Of a stretch of DNA of 64,000 nucleotides, positions 1 through 12,455 are shown in pieces. This stretch comes from Eledone cirrhosa (taxonomy: Eukaryota), in the NCBI GenBank assembly GCA_964016885.1, contig OZ024741.1:15624001-15688000 (forward strand), in the 5' to 3' direction. Numbering within the stretch: position 1 is the stretch's first letter; each line of letters starts with the position of its first letter. The notes under the pieces are model-generated. The model made no database searches, was not told where the DNA came from, and worked only from the letters and a program-made list of their open reading frames with translations. The translations under genes were made by a program, and so were the position numbers.

Positions 1-118
1 CGAAGCCAAATTTTAAACATTTGACTTATTTATTTTATTTTATTTTACATTAACCTGCGCACTTCGTCGAGTGCTCCAATCTGCATACTGAGGTGTTGGT
101 ATACAACCAACATATACT

Positions 119-120
<2 letters not shown>
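1..120 (+). mobile_element. 3' tail of a short Penelope-like (pLTR-type) repeat, same family as 13041-13470
   Basis: Reverse complement of 13041-13178 (tgagtatatgttggttgtataccaacacctcagtatgcag...aagtcaaatgtttaaaattt); ends directly in (TA)n. Confidence 0.7.
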
Positions 121-153
<33 letters not shown>

Positions 154-186
154 TTACACAGCGTTTCATCTATACATATTTCTTTC

Positions 187-275
<89 letters not shown>

Positions 276-322
276 ATATATGTGTATATGTGTGTATATA
301 TATGTATGTGTGTATATGTATA

Positions 323-403
<81 letters not shown>

Positions 404-610
404 ATATATATATATGCATATATATGTGTGTATAAATGTGTATATGTGTTTATACATATGTATGTGTGTATATGTATATGCATATATATATATATATATA
501 TAAGTGTGTGTGTGTGTATATATATATATATGCATATATATGTGTGTGTTCGTATGTGCGTGTAATTTTATATATAAATATATATACTCATATATATACA
601 ATATATTTAT
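121..610. repeat. (TA)n/(TG)n compound microsatellite
   Basis: Direct inspection. Confidence 0.95.
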
Positions 611-619
611 ACGCATACA

Positions 620-902
620 CGTGGTGGCTTTGTGGTCATGGTGTTCTGTTGGTGATTGTCAGGTCGTTAGCTCGATTGCCGGAGGTGCGTTGTGTCCTTG
701 AAAGAGAAACTTTGTTTCATATTGCTCCAGTTCATTCAACTGACAGACGTGAGTTCCACCTGTTTGTAAAAAGGCCAGTCTTGCCACAGAGTAATGCACG
801 TGTCTGTGGAATGCTCAATCAATTTCACGTTAATTTCACTAACAGGCTGCTCTTATGTTTGAACAACTGGGACGCTCTTCATCGAAAGCGACGGAGATTC
901 CT
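620..902 (+). mobile_element. Decayed tRNA-derived SINE with CORE-like segment
   Basis: tRNA-like head followed by tgtgtccttgaaagagaaactttgtttcatattgctccag; related copy at 48105-48355 shares cacgtgtctgtgga...cacgttaatttcac...agcgacggag. Confidence 0.6.
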
Positions 903-1107
903 TAAATTCAGATGTTTGAGCACACATGCATAAATAGGTTTGCATCGTAGAGAGAAACGTGATATGAACTATTTTAATTTGCAGCATCGTGAAGTCGTTA
1001 AAAAACGAAATTAACCCTTTTACATCTCGTAACGGCTGTTGACAACCACATCTACCACCACCACCAACACCTCTACCACCACCACCACTACAACCACCAC
1101 AACCACC

Positions 1108-1410
1108 ATACTAATTACAACCTGGCCCTTACGATTTGAACACCTATATTTATATACCTGTGTTTATCTCTCTTTTATATTCAATTATAATTATATATAT
1201 ATACATTTTTTTTTTTTTTAGTATATATATATATAACTATAATTGAATATAAAAGAGAGATAAACACAGATATATAAATATATGTATTCAAATCGTAAGG
1301 GGCCGGGTTATAATTAGTATTTTTTCACCCTAGCGAACCTGGTCCCTTACGATTTGAACACATATGTGTATATATCTGTGTTTATCTCTCTTTTATATTC
1401 AATTATAATA
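1108..1410. repeat. Three alternating (+,-,+) copies of a ~90 bp unit forming a fold-back
   Basis: cccttacgatttgaacac...tgtgtttatctctcttttatattcaattata at ~1108-1195 and ~1336-1410, inverted at ~1230-1320. Confidence 0.85.
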
Positions 1411-1486
1411 TACGGCTCGAAAAAAATCTCTTTCCTTGAGATATTTAATTGTAAGAGACTATTTTGTGTTTCTAACTCAGTATATA

Positions 1487-1655
1487 CATGGACACACTAG
1501 AAGAGGAAGACCAAGGTTAACATATGTTGATGCCCTAAGGACAGACACTGGTCTGTTGGAGATGCAGGATATGGCAGCGATAATGAGGGACAGAGACCGC
1601 TGGAGAGAACTCGTCCATGGATCTCGGGAATTTTACCCGCCTTATATAGATAGAT
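1487..1655 (+). mobile_element. RTE-clade LINE 3' end remnant
   Basis: Translates HGHTRRGRPRLTYVDALRTDTG...MRDRDRWRELV, the GRP..T..D / DR..WR C-terminal motif of RTE ORFs; short (TAGA) tail. Confidence 0.7.
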
Positions 1656-1667
1656 ATATATATATAA

Positions 1668-1975
1668 AATTGAAAAAGTGGAGAATAACATGGTCAACAG
1701 TACAAAAAAGGACATTTAGACAACTCTATCAGTGAAACAATTGTTAGACTGTAAATAAAACCCTTTTTTGTACTGTTGACCATGTTATTCTCCACCTTTT
1801 TCAATTGTATTACTCCAAGATAAACTTACATAGGAATACAAGTGACGTCATAAACTCGTCATCTACGTAAACCTCTTGTTGAGTCAAACAACGCCGTACG
1901 CTAAAACTATCCATAATAAGAAGTATTCCCGATCTCTAATCGGATTACCTATAACGATATCTTGTTATCCTCTAT
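1668..1975 (+). mobile_element. Short fold-back element, probable Penelope pLTR remnant
   Basis: ~44 bp inverted arms 1668-1711 / 1761-1806; spacer holds GAAAC-AATT-GTT (hammerhead 3' half) followed by AATAAA; flanked by (TA)n on both sides. Confidence 0.6.
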
Positions 1976-1985
1976 ATATATATAC

Positions 1986-2085
<100 letters not shown>

Positions 2086-2089
2086 TATA

Positions 2090-3184
2090 TTGAAGGGCGT
2101 ATCTAACAGAATAAGTTCACTCTCACATAGTGAAGAGGCGTTTGACTCGCAGGCTGATTACTATAATGATGCCTTAGCTAGATCCGGCTTTAGGGACAAA
2201 TTGTATTATACCCAGGGAAATAATAGTCCTAATAGTAGCTCTACCAGTGTTGTTATAACACATAATATGTCCATTGGTAATAGAGGTGTCGCGAATGGGA
2301 GGGTTCTAAATGCCGGTGGAATGAACCAGCAGGGTACCATTAGTCTAAGTAATAGCAATGGTAGGCCTCGCAGCTCCCCGCATAAATTAGGTGAGCATAG
2401 TAACCGTAGAAATACTAATAATAATAATAGTGATGGAAATAAAAAGAATAAAAAGAATAGAAGAAGATTGAATACATACTTCAACTCGGAAGTGGCTATA
2501 AACATTCCTAGGGCCTTCTTCTCTGTGTTAGAAAGGAACTTCCCTCCCGGTAATAGGTACCACTCTATCCTCAATAAGAATGTTGTTAAACTTTCGTATT
2601 CTACAACCCAAAATCTGGCCTCTCATCTGGCCATTACTAATAATAGGAAAATAAAGGAAGGCCTGGACAACCTAAGCCTAGGGGAAAACACGGTAGTGGA
2701 CAGAGGGGGCCGGAACACAAGTGGTGATCATTCTGAGAATAGCATCACCAGAAATTGTAACTGTAGAAGGGCTTCAGGCTGCCCCCTGAATGGTTTCTGC
2801 CTTATTAGAAACATAGTTTATGCGTGTGATGTGGTAACTACGGCGTCCACTAAAACCTATATAGGATCAACCTCCACCCCCTTTAAGACCAGGTTTAACT
2901 CTCACCAGTGCACTTTTAGACACAATAAACTGAGGAACTCCACCTCCTTGGCAGCGTACGTCCACAATTTAAAAAATGCACGAACACATTACACACTTAC
3001 TTGGCGGCAGGTTGCTAAATCCCATCCATATACTCCTCATAATAGAGTATGTAACCTATGCCTTGCCGAATCCCACTCTATTATATTTGCTAAATGCCCT
3101 CTACTAAACAGAAAGTCAGAAATATTTTCCTCTTGCCCCCACCGAATATTAAGCTCTTTCTTCTACTTTAAACCTATTAGCTAG
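2090..3184 (+). CDS. Penelope-like element ORF C-terminal part: post-RT region, Cys-rich linker and GIY-YIG endonuclease (5'-truncated)
   Basis: RISSLS..F..Y.DAL.RSG; VKLSYS; CNC....CPLNGFCL..IVY...TYIGST...FK.RF..H; CNLCLAE; LLNRKSE....CPH. Confidence 0.9.
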   Translation: MKGVSNRISSLSHSEEAFDSQADYYNDALARSGFRDKLYYTQGNNSPNSSSTSVVITHNMSIGNRGVANGRVLNAGGMNQQGTISLSNSNGRPRSSPHKLGEHSNRRNTNNNNSDGNKKNKKNRRRLNTYFNSEVAINIPRAFFSVLERNFPPGNRYHSILNKNVVKLSYSTTQNLASHLAITNNRKIKEGLDNLSLGENTVVDRGGRNTSGDHSENSITRNCNCRRASGCPLNGFCLIRNIVYACDVVTTASTKTYIGSTSTPFKTRFNSHQCTFRHNKLRNSTSLAAYVHNLKNARTHYTLTWRQVAKSHPYTPHNRVCNLCLAESHSIIFAKCPLLNRKSEIFSSCPHRILSSFFYFKPIS

Positions 3185-5174
3185 CACTTCCTTAATTCTC
3201 CAGTTGGGCTATCTTGTGTAACTGTCTCTTATTGTGTGTAACTGTTTCCTATTGTTTGTCTTCTATGTATATGAGTCAGTGAGTGTATACGTATGCCTGC
3301 GGGAGAAGATTGATCTGGATATTGGGTGTACAGGTGAGTGGGTGTGTATGTTAATAAGCACCCCTGTTTGGCACAGCGGATGTAACCCATCCACGCTCGC
3401 CTACCCACCATTGGTGCATTGGTGGGTCTATCCCGACGTGTATCTTGCGGATCTGTACCTCTGTATGCGCATGAGTTATGATGTAATGTATCTATGTAGA
3501 GCGTGTACTGTGATATAGGCTGCAAAAATAGAAATCTAGCCTGTAACTGTGGGCGGACCTGTGCCATCTCGCCGTAAGCAGTAGATACGTGGAACATGTA
3601 CGTGTTGCCCTCCTATTCGGTGGTTTAAGATCTACAGGCTGACTTCTGGGAGCTCTCGCCCGGTGTTGTAGTCTTTCTAGCACGATCGGTCTTCCATATA
3701 TTGACGGTCGTTGTTATCATCCCAAAAGTAACGTTTTGGCCCCGATAGCCCTCCGTAGTTACTAACGGTCTGTGTACACTTGAATCGGGCAATGGCACGT
3801 GCGGACACGATTATCTCCGTAGGAATTCAATTTGATTTATTTTACTGCATCTCCTCGTATGTATTTATTTTGAATGTATTATCCGTGGTGGTGGGTCTTG
3901 CCTAATGTGGTATTTCTGTGTTTAATATCAGCTTTGACCCGGGTGTCCTACGCTGTGTGTGTGTGCGTGTGTGTCTGTGTATACATTTATATGTGTATGG
4001 GTGTAGGTGGTTGTATATGTCTGTATATAAAAATATATATATATGTATACCGCCTCTGCATATGCATGTGGTGTGTATATGGGCATATACGCGCAGAACA
4101 TATTGGTGTGTATAATCTTGAGATGTCCCAATGCGGTGACTTCATGATATTGGCTCTTGAAGCTATTTTTTATATATCTTTTGTATGCGCTGTTGAGTAT
4201 GCATATTAACCCGCCTGACCCAACTGTGTTTGCTTGCTTTCGGCTAGCCCGCCTGCACCCGCTTGCTTTCGGCCCACTTGTCTGCCTCTTGCTGCTGCAC
4301 GTGAATTCTCCTACCTTCCTTCGATGTACCTCTGTTGACCATTGGACTCCTGCCCGGGTGCGAACCGGTTTGTGATTACCCCACCGCTCAACTGTGTGAA
4401 TGCACACCCGTGACTTTCGAGTGAACTTTTGAGACTGCCCAACCTGGGACGTCTCCATTGCATTGCAATGGTCAAGTGATACTGATAACTGTGACACTTA
4501 GGGCCTTCGTGGGCCCCTGATATATTCAAGAAATATATTCTAAAAAAAATATATATCTTATCTCAATTTACTTTATTTTATTTTATTTTATTTCATTTCA
4601 TTTTATTTAATTTTATTTATTTAATTTTATTTAATTTTATTTAATTATATCTTATATTATATTATTTTATTTTAGTTTATTTTATTTTATTTTATTTTAT
4701 TTTATTTTATCTTATTTTATTATTATATTATATTATATTTTATTTTATATAATTTTAATTTTAATTTAATTTTATTTTATTTTATTTCATTCCTTACCCT
4801 GTATCACTATTATCTGTATATTTTATATGTATGTTTTTTATATTTTCTTATATATATTATATGTCTATTTTTTACCTATTTTTCACCTATTTTTTATCTA
4901 TTCTTACCTACTCCTATCTATCTTATCTATTCTTGTCTGTTCTCTTATCTATGTGTATGCTTGTATGTAACTATATGTTGACAGCACCCCGCCCAACTGT
5001 GACTGATAGCACCCCTTATTTTTCAATTATTTTTCAATGTTTATTTTTCAATGTTTATTTTTATTTTTAATTCCTCAATATTTTTTATATTTTTTATCTT
5101 TTATTATTTTTTATTCTTTATTTCTTCAATGTCTCGGATTTGTTATTGCTTGTGTGATATGTAATCAACCTTTA

Positions 5175-5220
5175 TGCTCTGATGAGTCCCACTTATAGTG
5201 CGGATGAAACAATGTTAGCA
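5175..5220 (+). ncRNA. Minimal type I hammerhead ribozyme
   Basis: TGCT-CTGATGA-GTCCCAC(ttata)GTGcGGAT-GAAA-C(aat)G-TT-AGCA: stem I TGCT/AGCA, intact core, GUU site. Confidence 0.75.
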
Positions 5221-5255
5221 AGTAAAGATATGCATATGCCATAGGCGTTCTTTGT

Positions 5256-5652
5256 TATTGATTATATATATATATATAAATATTCGGTAAACCGATACAT
5301 ACATATATATATGTGTGTACATGTATGTATATATATACATACATGTACACATATATATATATTTACGTATCGGTTTACCGAAGATTTATTATAATGTTTG
5401 GTTTGTTTGTAAACAAACAGCCCAACTTAAGCCGTACAGTGTTTAGCAACCATCGTTGCCCTTTTGTTCAACACTGACAAAGGACCGATGTACTAGTTTC
5501 AAGCTTATTAGCTATCGTCAGCATCGTATAGCTTCCTGCCAGATGATTGAACGTCTGAAAGTATCTACTTTCCTTATGCATATTAACGGCTGAGCAGCCT
5601 AATTTGCATATCGAGTGAGTTTAGTCGGCCGGGCGCACCGAAGATGTTAAAT

Positions 5653-5655
<3 letters not shown>
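5256..5655 (-). mobile_element. Short Penelope-like fragment with terminal fold-back
   Basis: Hairpin 5256-5389 (ttcggtaaaccgatac ... gtatcggtttaccgaa) and a minus-strand hammerhead; bounded by (TA)n. Confidence 0.65.
5486..5526 (-). ncRNA. Minimal type I hammerhead ribozyme
   Basis: Minus strand CGATG-CTGACGA-T-AGCT(aata)AGCT-T-GAAA-CTAG-TA-CATCG: 5 bp stem I, palindromic stem III ACTAGT, GUA site. Confidence 0.85.
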
Positions 5656-5737
<82 letters not shown>

Positions 5738-5752
5738 TCATTATAACAATGT

Positions 5753-5788
<36 letters not shown>

Positions 5789-6178
5789 CATACATATATA
5801 TATATACAACATTGTTAATATGATGTATCAAAGCGTTTGGCCAATTTTGAAATTCTTAGATGCAGGAATTACAAACGCAGAAAATACCTGTAGACAAGAG
5901 GGGGGTGGATTGTGAGAGAGGAGGAGTGATTAAAGAGAAAACTTGAGAGGGGGGAGAGAGAGGGGGTTAGAGATGGGGGAGAGGGAGAGAGAGGGGGAGG
6001 GAAGGAGAGAGATGAGAAGATGCAGGGAGCGAGAGAGAACGAGAGGGAGAGGGGAAGATGCAGGGAGAGAGAGAGAAAGAGAGACAAAAGAGAGAGTAGG
6101 CGTGAGAGAGTGAGGGGGAAGAGGAAAGTGAGAAAAGAAGAGTGGATGACTGTTGCAGCCGTGAAAACCTTATGTAAT

Positions 6179-6843
6179 AATTATTTCTACTTTTGGCACA
6201 AGGCCAACAATTAATCCAGTGTATTACTGGTACTTGATTTTATCGACCCCGTAAGGATGAAAGGCAAAATTAACCCTGGCGGGATTTGAACTCAGATCAT
6301 AAAGGGACGTAACTCTATGCTGCAAAGCATGGCCTCCGACCCTCTACCGATACTGCCACGATGACGATGGGGACGGTAATAATGGCGATTATTACTATTA
6401 CATATTGGCGATGGCTTGGCAGTATCGGTAGAGGTTCGGAGGCCATGCTTTGCAGCATCGAGTTATGGTCCTTTACTGTCTGAGTTCAAGTAATACACTG
6501 TTATAATTTCTGGCCTTATGCCAAAAGTAGAGACAAATATTACTATTCACCCTTACGGGGTCGATAATATAAAGTACCAGGTATACACTGGATCGATTTA
6601 ATCGATTTCCCCTTCCCCAAAAATTGCTAGCATCGTGTATAAATAAGAAACCATTATTATTATTATTATTTATCGGTAGAGGGTCGGACGCCATGCTTTA
6701 CAGCATAGTTACGTCCCTTTACGATCTGAGTTCAAATCCCGCCGAGGTTGACTTTGCCTTTCATCCGTACGGGGTCGATAAAATAAAGTACCAGTAATGC
6801 ACTGGGTTATTGCTGGCCTTGTGCCTGAAGTAGAAACAATTAT
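6179..6843. mobile_element. Cluster of tRNA-derived SINE copies (Meta-domain-like) in both orientations
   Basis: A-box-like tggcagtatcgg, B-box gagttcaaatcc, gcctttcatcc..ggggtcgataaaataaagtaccag; copies ~6179-6359(-), 6405-6490(+), 6500-6650(-), 6671-6843(+). Confidence 0.8.
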
Positions 6844-6902
6844 TATTTATGATGCCGATTACAAACTGACATTGAAAAGCAATGTATAACAAAACTTATA
6901 AA

Positions 6903-6933
6903 ACTACTACTACTATTACTACTGCTGCTACTG

Positions 6934-6977
<44 letters not shown>

Positions 6978-7122
6978 ACTACTGCTGCTACTACTACCGC
7001 TACTACTACTAACACTACAACTATAATAACTACAACTACTACCACCACCTCCACCTCCACCACTACTACCACTACCACTACCACTACCACTACAACTACT
7101 ACTACCACTACTACTGCTGCTA
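6903..7122. repeat. Compound trinucleotide microsatellite (ACT/GCT/ACC)
   Basis: Direct inspection. Confidence 0.9.
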
Positions 7123-7434
7123 ATTATGTTTATTGTTATTATCATTGTTTTTATTGTTGTTTTGTGAGGTTTCTATTTGACTTATACGATTTTAAACTTT
7201 TCTTTTCCTCCATTAACGATGAATCTTTCGTTTCCATTTCTTTCATAATCAAACAACACTAACCACATTAAATCCTAGTTAATTAATTGTCTAATATTAT
7301 AATTAATTAAGATTTAAATGTGTTATTTTCAGTTTAACGACATGCTGTAAATCAACTGAAACTTTTTAACCTTTTCTTAGACATTCTTCAAAACGGTTGG
7401 GAAATCAATCCAGAAAACCTCTCCTCACAATCCA

Positions 7435-8103
7435 CACACCACCTCACAACTACACCATGTTGTCTCACACACTACACCACCTCACAACTACACCATGTTG
7501 TCTTACACACTACACTACACGACCTCACAACTACAGCATGTTGCCTCACACACTACACCACCTCACAACTACACGATGTTGTCTCACACACTACACCACC
7601 TCACAACTACACCATGTTGTCTCACACACTACACCACCTCACAACTACACCATGTTGTCTTACACACTACACTACACCACCTCACAACTACACCATGTTG
7701 TCTCACACACTACACCACCTCACAACTACACCATGTTGTCTCACACACTACACCACCTCACAACTACACCATATTGTCTCACATACTACACCACCTCACA
7801 ACTACACCATGTTGTCTCACACACTACACCACCTCACAACTACACCATGTTGTCTTACACACTACACCATGTTGTCTCACACACTACACCACCTCACAAC
7901 TACACCATGTTGTCTCACACACTACACCACCTCACAACTGCACCATGTTGTCTCACACACTACACTACACCACCTCACAACTTCAGCATGTTGTCCCACA
8001 CACTACATCACCTCACAACTACACCATGTTGTCTCACCAGTACACTATACCACCTCACAACTACACCATGTTTTTTTATACACTACACACTACTTCACAA
8101 CTA
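7435..8103. repeat. 38 bp minisatellite (acacactacaccacctcacaactacaccatgttgtctc), ~17 copies
   Basis: Period 38 (7681 to 7719), with 5 bp insertion variants. Confidence 0.95.
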
Positions 8104-8286
8104 CTTCTTCTTCTTCTTCGCCCACTTATCCCTGAAAAGGTCCTGGGGACAGTCCTGAAATACGTTTTCCTGCTGGTCCTGTCACATCAACCATCTCCTG
8201 CTAATCCAGCTAGATCTCCAAGCGAGACTATATCGGAGTCTACCCCTGGGTCTTCTGCCGGTCGATTTTGCCGTGTGGTTAACAAC
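8104..8286 (-). mobile_element. RTE-derived 3' end with (GAA)n tail
   Basis: Minus strand encodes AKSTGRRPRGRLR and ends in gaagaagaag; similar to 58605-58846. Confidence 0.55.
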
Positions 8287-8297
8287 AGAAATTATTA

Positions 8298-8790
8298 TTG
8301 CGGTGGATTGGCAGTATCGGTAGAGGGTCGGACGTCATGTTAGGGCGGGGGATTGGCAGTATCGGTAGAGGGTCTGACGTCATGTTAGGGTGGTGGATTG
8401 GCAGTATCGGTAGAGGGTCTGACGTCATGCTAGGGTGGTGGATTGGCAGTATCGGTAGAGGGTCTGACGTCATGTTAGGGTGGTCGATTGGCAGTATCGG
8501 TAGAGGGTCGGACGTCATGTTAGGGTGGTAGATTGGCAGTATCGGTAGAGGGTCGGACGTCATGTTAGGGTGGTCGATTGACAGTATCGGTAGAGGGTCT
8601 GACGTCATGTTAGGGTGGTAGATTGGCAGTATCGGTAGAGGGTCGGACGTCATGTTAGGGTGGTCGATTGACAGTATCGGTAGAGGGTCGGACGTCATGT
8701 TAGGGCGGGGGATTCTCAGTATCGATAGAGGGTCGGACGTCATGTTAGGGCGGGGGATTGTCAGTCTCGATAGAGGGTCGGACGCTATGC
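8298..8790 (+). repeat. 42 bp minisatellite made of the SINE tRNA head, ~11.5 copies
   Basis: Unit ttagggtggtNgattggcagtatcggtagagggtcggacgtcatg; the last unit runs into a full SINE body. Confidence 0.95.
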
Positions 8791-9408
8791 TTTGCAACAT
8801 AGTTACGTCCCTTTACGGACTAAGTTCAAATCCTGCCGAGGTTAACTTTGCCTTTCATCCTTACGGGGTCGATAAAATAAAGTACCAGTAATGTACTGGG
8901 TAATTGCTGGCCTTGTGCCAAAAGTAGAAACAATTATTGTTCTTATTATAAAGGGGTGGTGGATTGGCAGTGTCAGTAGAACGTCGGACACTCGGCTTCG
9001 TGGCACAGAGTTATGGCCCTTTATGCTCACAGTTCAAATTCCGTCGAGATTAGCTTTGTCTTTCACCCTAGCGGAGTCGATAAAATAAAGTACCAGTAAC
9101 GCACTGAGGTCGATTTAATCGACTTTCTCTTCCTTTCAAATTGCTGGCTTGTGACAAATGTAGAAACAACTATTGATGTTGTTATATAAGGCCGGTGAAT
9201 TGGAAAAATCGGTAGAGCGTCGGACATTATGCCTCGCGGCATATAGTTACGGCCCTTTACGTTCTGAGTTCAAATCCTGCCGAGGTTAACTTAGCCTTTC
9301 ATCCTTCCGGGGTCGACAAAATAAAGTACTAGTAACGCACTGGGGTCAATGTAATCGAGTTTCCGCTCCCTCCAAATTATTGGCATTCTGACTAAATCAG
9401 AAACCGTT
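8790..9408 (+). mobile_element. Three tandem tRNA-derived SINE copies (Meta-domain-like)
   Basis: Bodies at ~8790-8935, 8951-9175, 9188-9408, each with agttcaaat and gtcgataaaataaagtac. Confidence 0.85.
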
Positions 9409-9564
9409 ATTGTTGTTGTTATTGTTGTTGGTGTTGTTATTATAAGCATAAATATGAATACAATATTGTGCAGAATATATACTTCATATTGAATATTTGA
9501 AGGTGTGTAAATCTTTCGTTTATAATCATAAAATTGTTTAGATCAGAAACGAGAAATATAGCTG

Positions 9565-11597
9565 CATGTATTCATTGTGTGCTCATATATTCACACATAC
9601 ATGCACACATTACATGTATTCATTGTGTGCTCATATATTCACACATACATGCTCACATTACATGTATTCATTGTGTGCTCATATATTCACACATACATGC
9701 ACACATTACATGTATTCATTGTGTGCTCATATATTCACACATACATGCACACATTAGATGTATTCATTTATATGTGTGCTCACATATTCACACATACATG
9801 CACACATTACATGTATTCATTAATGTGTGCTCACATATTCACACATACGTGCACACATTACATGTATTCATTAATGTGTGCTCACATATTCACACATACA
9901 TGCACACATTACATGTATTCATTTATGTGTGCGCTCACATATTCACACATACATGCACACATTACATGTATTCATTTATGTGTGCGCTCACATATTCACA
10001 CATACATGCACACATTACATGTATTCATTTATGTGTGTGCTCACATATTCACACATACATGCACACATTACATGTATTCATTTATGTGTGTGCTCACATA
10101 TTCACACATACATGCACACATTACATGTATTCATTAATGCGTGTGCACACATATTCACACATACATGCACACATTACATGTATTCATTTATGTGTGTGCT
10201 CACATATTCACATATACATGCACACATTACATGTATTCATTTATGTGTGTGCTCACATACTCACACATACATGCACACATTACATGTATTCATTTATGTG
10301 TGTGCACACATATTCACACATACATGCACACATTACATGTATTCATTTATGTGTGTGCTCACATATTCACACATACATGCACACATTACATGTATTCATT
10401 TATGTGTGCTCACATATTCACACATACATGTACACATTACATGTATTCATTTATGTGTGTGCTCACATATTCACACATACATGAACACATTACATGTATT
10501 CATTTATGTGTGTGCTCACATATTCACACATACATGCACACATTACATGTATTCATTAATGCGTGTGCACACATATTCACACATACATGCACACATTACA
10601 TGTATTCATTTATGTGTGTGCTCACATATTCACATATACATGCACACATTACATGTATTCATTTATGTGTGTGCTCACATACTCACACATACATGCACAC
10701 ATTACATGTATTCATTTATGTGTGTGCACACATATTCACACATACATGCACACATTACATGTATTCATTTATGTGTGTGCTCACATATTCACACATACAT
10801 GCACACATTACATGTATTCATTTATGTGTGCTCACATATTCACACATACATGTACACATTACATGTATTCATTTATGTGTGTGCTCACATATTCACACAT
10901 ACATGCACACATTACATGTATTCATTTATGTGTGTGCTCACATATTCACACATACATGCACACATTACATGTATTCATTTATGTGTGTGCTCACATATTC
11001 ACACATACATGCACACATTACATGTATTCTTTTATGTGTGTGCTCACATATTCACACATACATGCACACATTACATGTATTCATTTATGTGTGTGCTCAC
11101 ATATTCACACATACATGCACACATTACATGTATTCATTTATGTGTGTGCTCACATATTCACACATACATGCACACATTACATGTATTCATTTATGTGTGT
11201 GCTCACATATTCACACATACATGCACACATTACATGTATTCATTTATGTGTGCTCACATATTCACACATACATGCACACATTACATGTATTCATTTATGT
11301 GTGTGCTCACATATTCACACATACATGCACACATTACATGTATTCATTTATGTGTGCTCATATATTCACACATACATGCACACATTACATGTATTCATTT
11401 ATGTGTGTGCTCACATATTCACACATACATGCACACATTACATGTATTCATTTATGTGTGCTCATATATTCACACATACATGCACACATTACATGTATTC
11501 ATTTATGTGTGTGCTCACATATTCACACATACATGCACACATTACATGTATTCATTTATGTGTGTGCTCACATATTCACACATACATGCACACATGA
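9565..11597. repeat. 53 bp minisatellite (49 and 51 bp variants), ~39 copies
   Basis: Unit attcacacatacatgcacacattacatgtattcatttatgtgtgtgctcacat. Confidence 0.95.
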
Positions 11598-11734
11598 ATT
11601 ATATGTGTTTGTATCTATATATACACACAGGCATTTCTATATAATATAAAGATACCTATAATCTACCAACCTATTGAACAACATTTTTAACTGTGATTAT
11701 TCCCCGGTACCCATCGGGAACCCACCAATATATA

Positions 11735-11945
11735 TATAACAGAAAAAATGAGTAAGTTTGGTTTACGTATAGAAAATATGTATTGTGTTACGCGCGTTTC
11801 GCAGAGGATTGGCTCAAGGTAACCCATAGGAGTTATGGACCCGACTTCACTATCGATCTGCGAAACGCGCGTAACAGGTCAATACACAATAAATATCTTT
11901 CATATGTAAACGAAACTTCCTCGTTTTTTTTTTTCTATTATATAC
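11735..11945. mobile_element. Short fold-back element with hammerhead 3' halves
   Basis: Perfect 20 bp inverted repeat tgttacgcgcgtttcgcaga (11786-11805) / tctgcgaaacgcgcgtaaca (11857-11876), extended by degenerate arms; CGAAAC-GCGC-GTA followed by AATAAA. Confidence 0.65.
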
Positions 11946-12040
11946 ACTCTACATGTGCATAGAGTGCTTGATTTCGTACCAACACCAGTAATTCACTATA
12001 CTACCGACACTACATATCTATCTATATATCTATCTATCTA

Positions 12041-12116
<76 letters not shown>

Positions 12117-12120
<4 letters not shown>

Positions 12121-12402
12121 GTAATAATAATAAATTTGAAGACTAAAATCCACAGAGGTCTCGATAAGGATAAATATATATCAGATATATAAGAACCGTA
12201 GAGCAAATATTTATTAAAATAACAGATTAAAGTTTAAGCAAAGAATCGCTGCTTTCACGAACCAAAGTATCGTATTCCTGTCGTCATTCGGTTGCAACGT
12301 TTTTTTGAAATATTTACTTCTGCGTTCACACATTGACTTTTTTAGTTTCAGAAGATCCCGTTAAGGGTGAAAGCAGCGATTCTTTGCTTAAACTTTAATC
12401 TG

Positions 12403-12410
<8 letters not shown>
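12117..12410. mobile_element. Short fold-back Penelope-like element; related copy at 56791-56920
   Basis: Arms ~12216-12258 / 12367-12410; (TA)n flanks; hammerhead-like motif at 12344-12394. Confidence 0.7.
12344..12394 (+). ncRNA. Variant hammerhead-like motif (core CAGAAGA)
   Basis: AGTTT-CAGAAGA-T-CCC(gttaa)GGG-T-GAAA-GCA(9 nt)TGC-TT-AAACT: all three stems can form, with a U4A core change. Confidence 0.55.

Positions 12411-12455
<45 letters not shown>

Larger units (their letters stand above)
2086..5262 (+). mobile_element. 5'-truncated Penelope-like retroelement (Naiad-like) with long 3' non-coding region
   Basis: GIY-YIG ORF at 2090-3184, hammerhead at 5175-5220, bounded by (TA)n(GA)n and (TA)n; the 3' extent is inferred from these bounds. 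Confidence 0.75.

Noticed and set aside
93-616. YI/HT/CV-repeat ORFs here and throughout the window
   Set aside because: Dinucleotide and tetranucleotide microsatellite translations
2090-3184. Selenoprotein-type Penelope ORF
   Set aside because: No in-frame TGA in the retained part, stop is TAG, and no SECIS recognised
8298-8790. CRISPR array or interstitial telomere
   Set aside because: No unique spacers and a eukaryotic context; TTAGGG occurs only once per 42 bp unit
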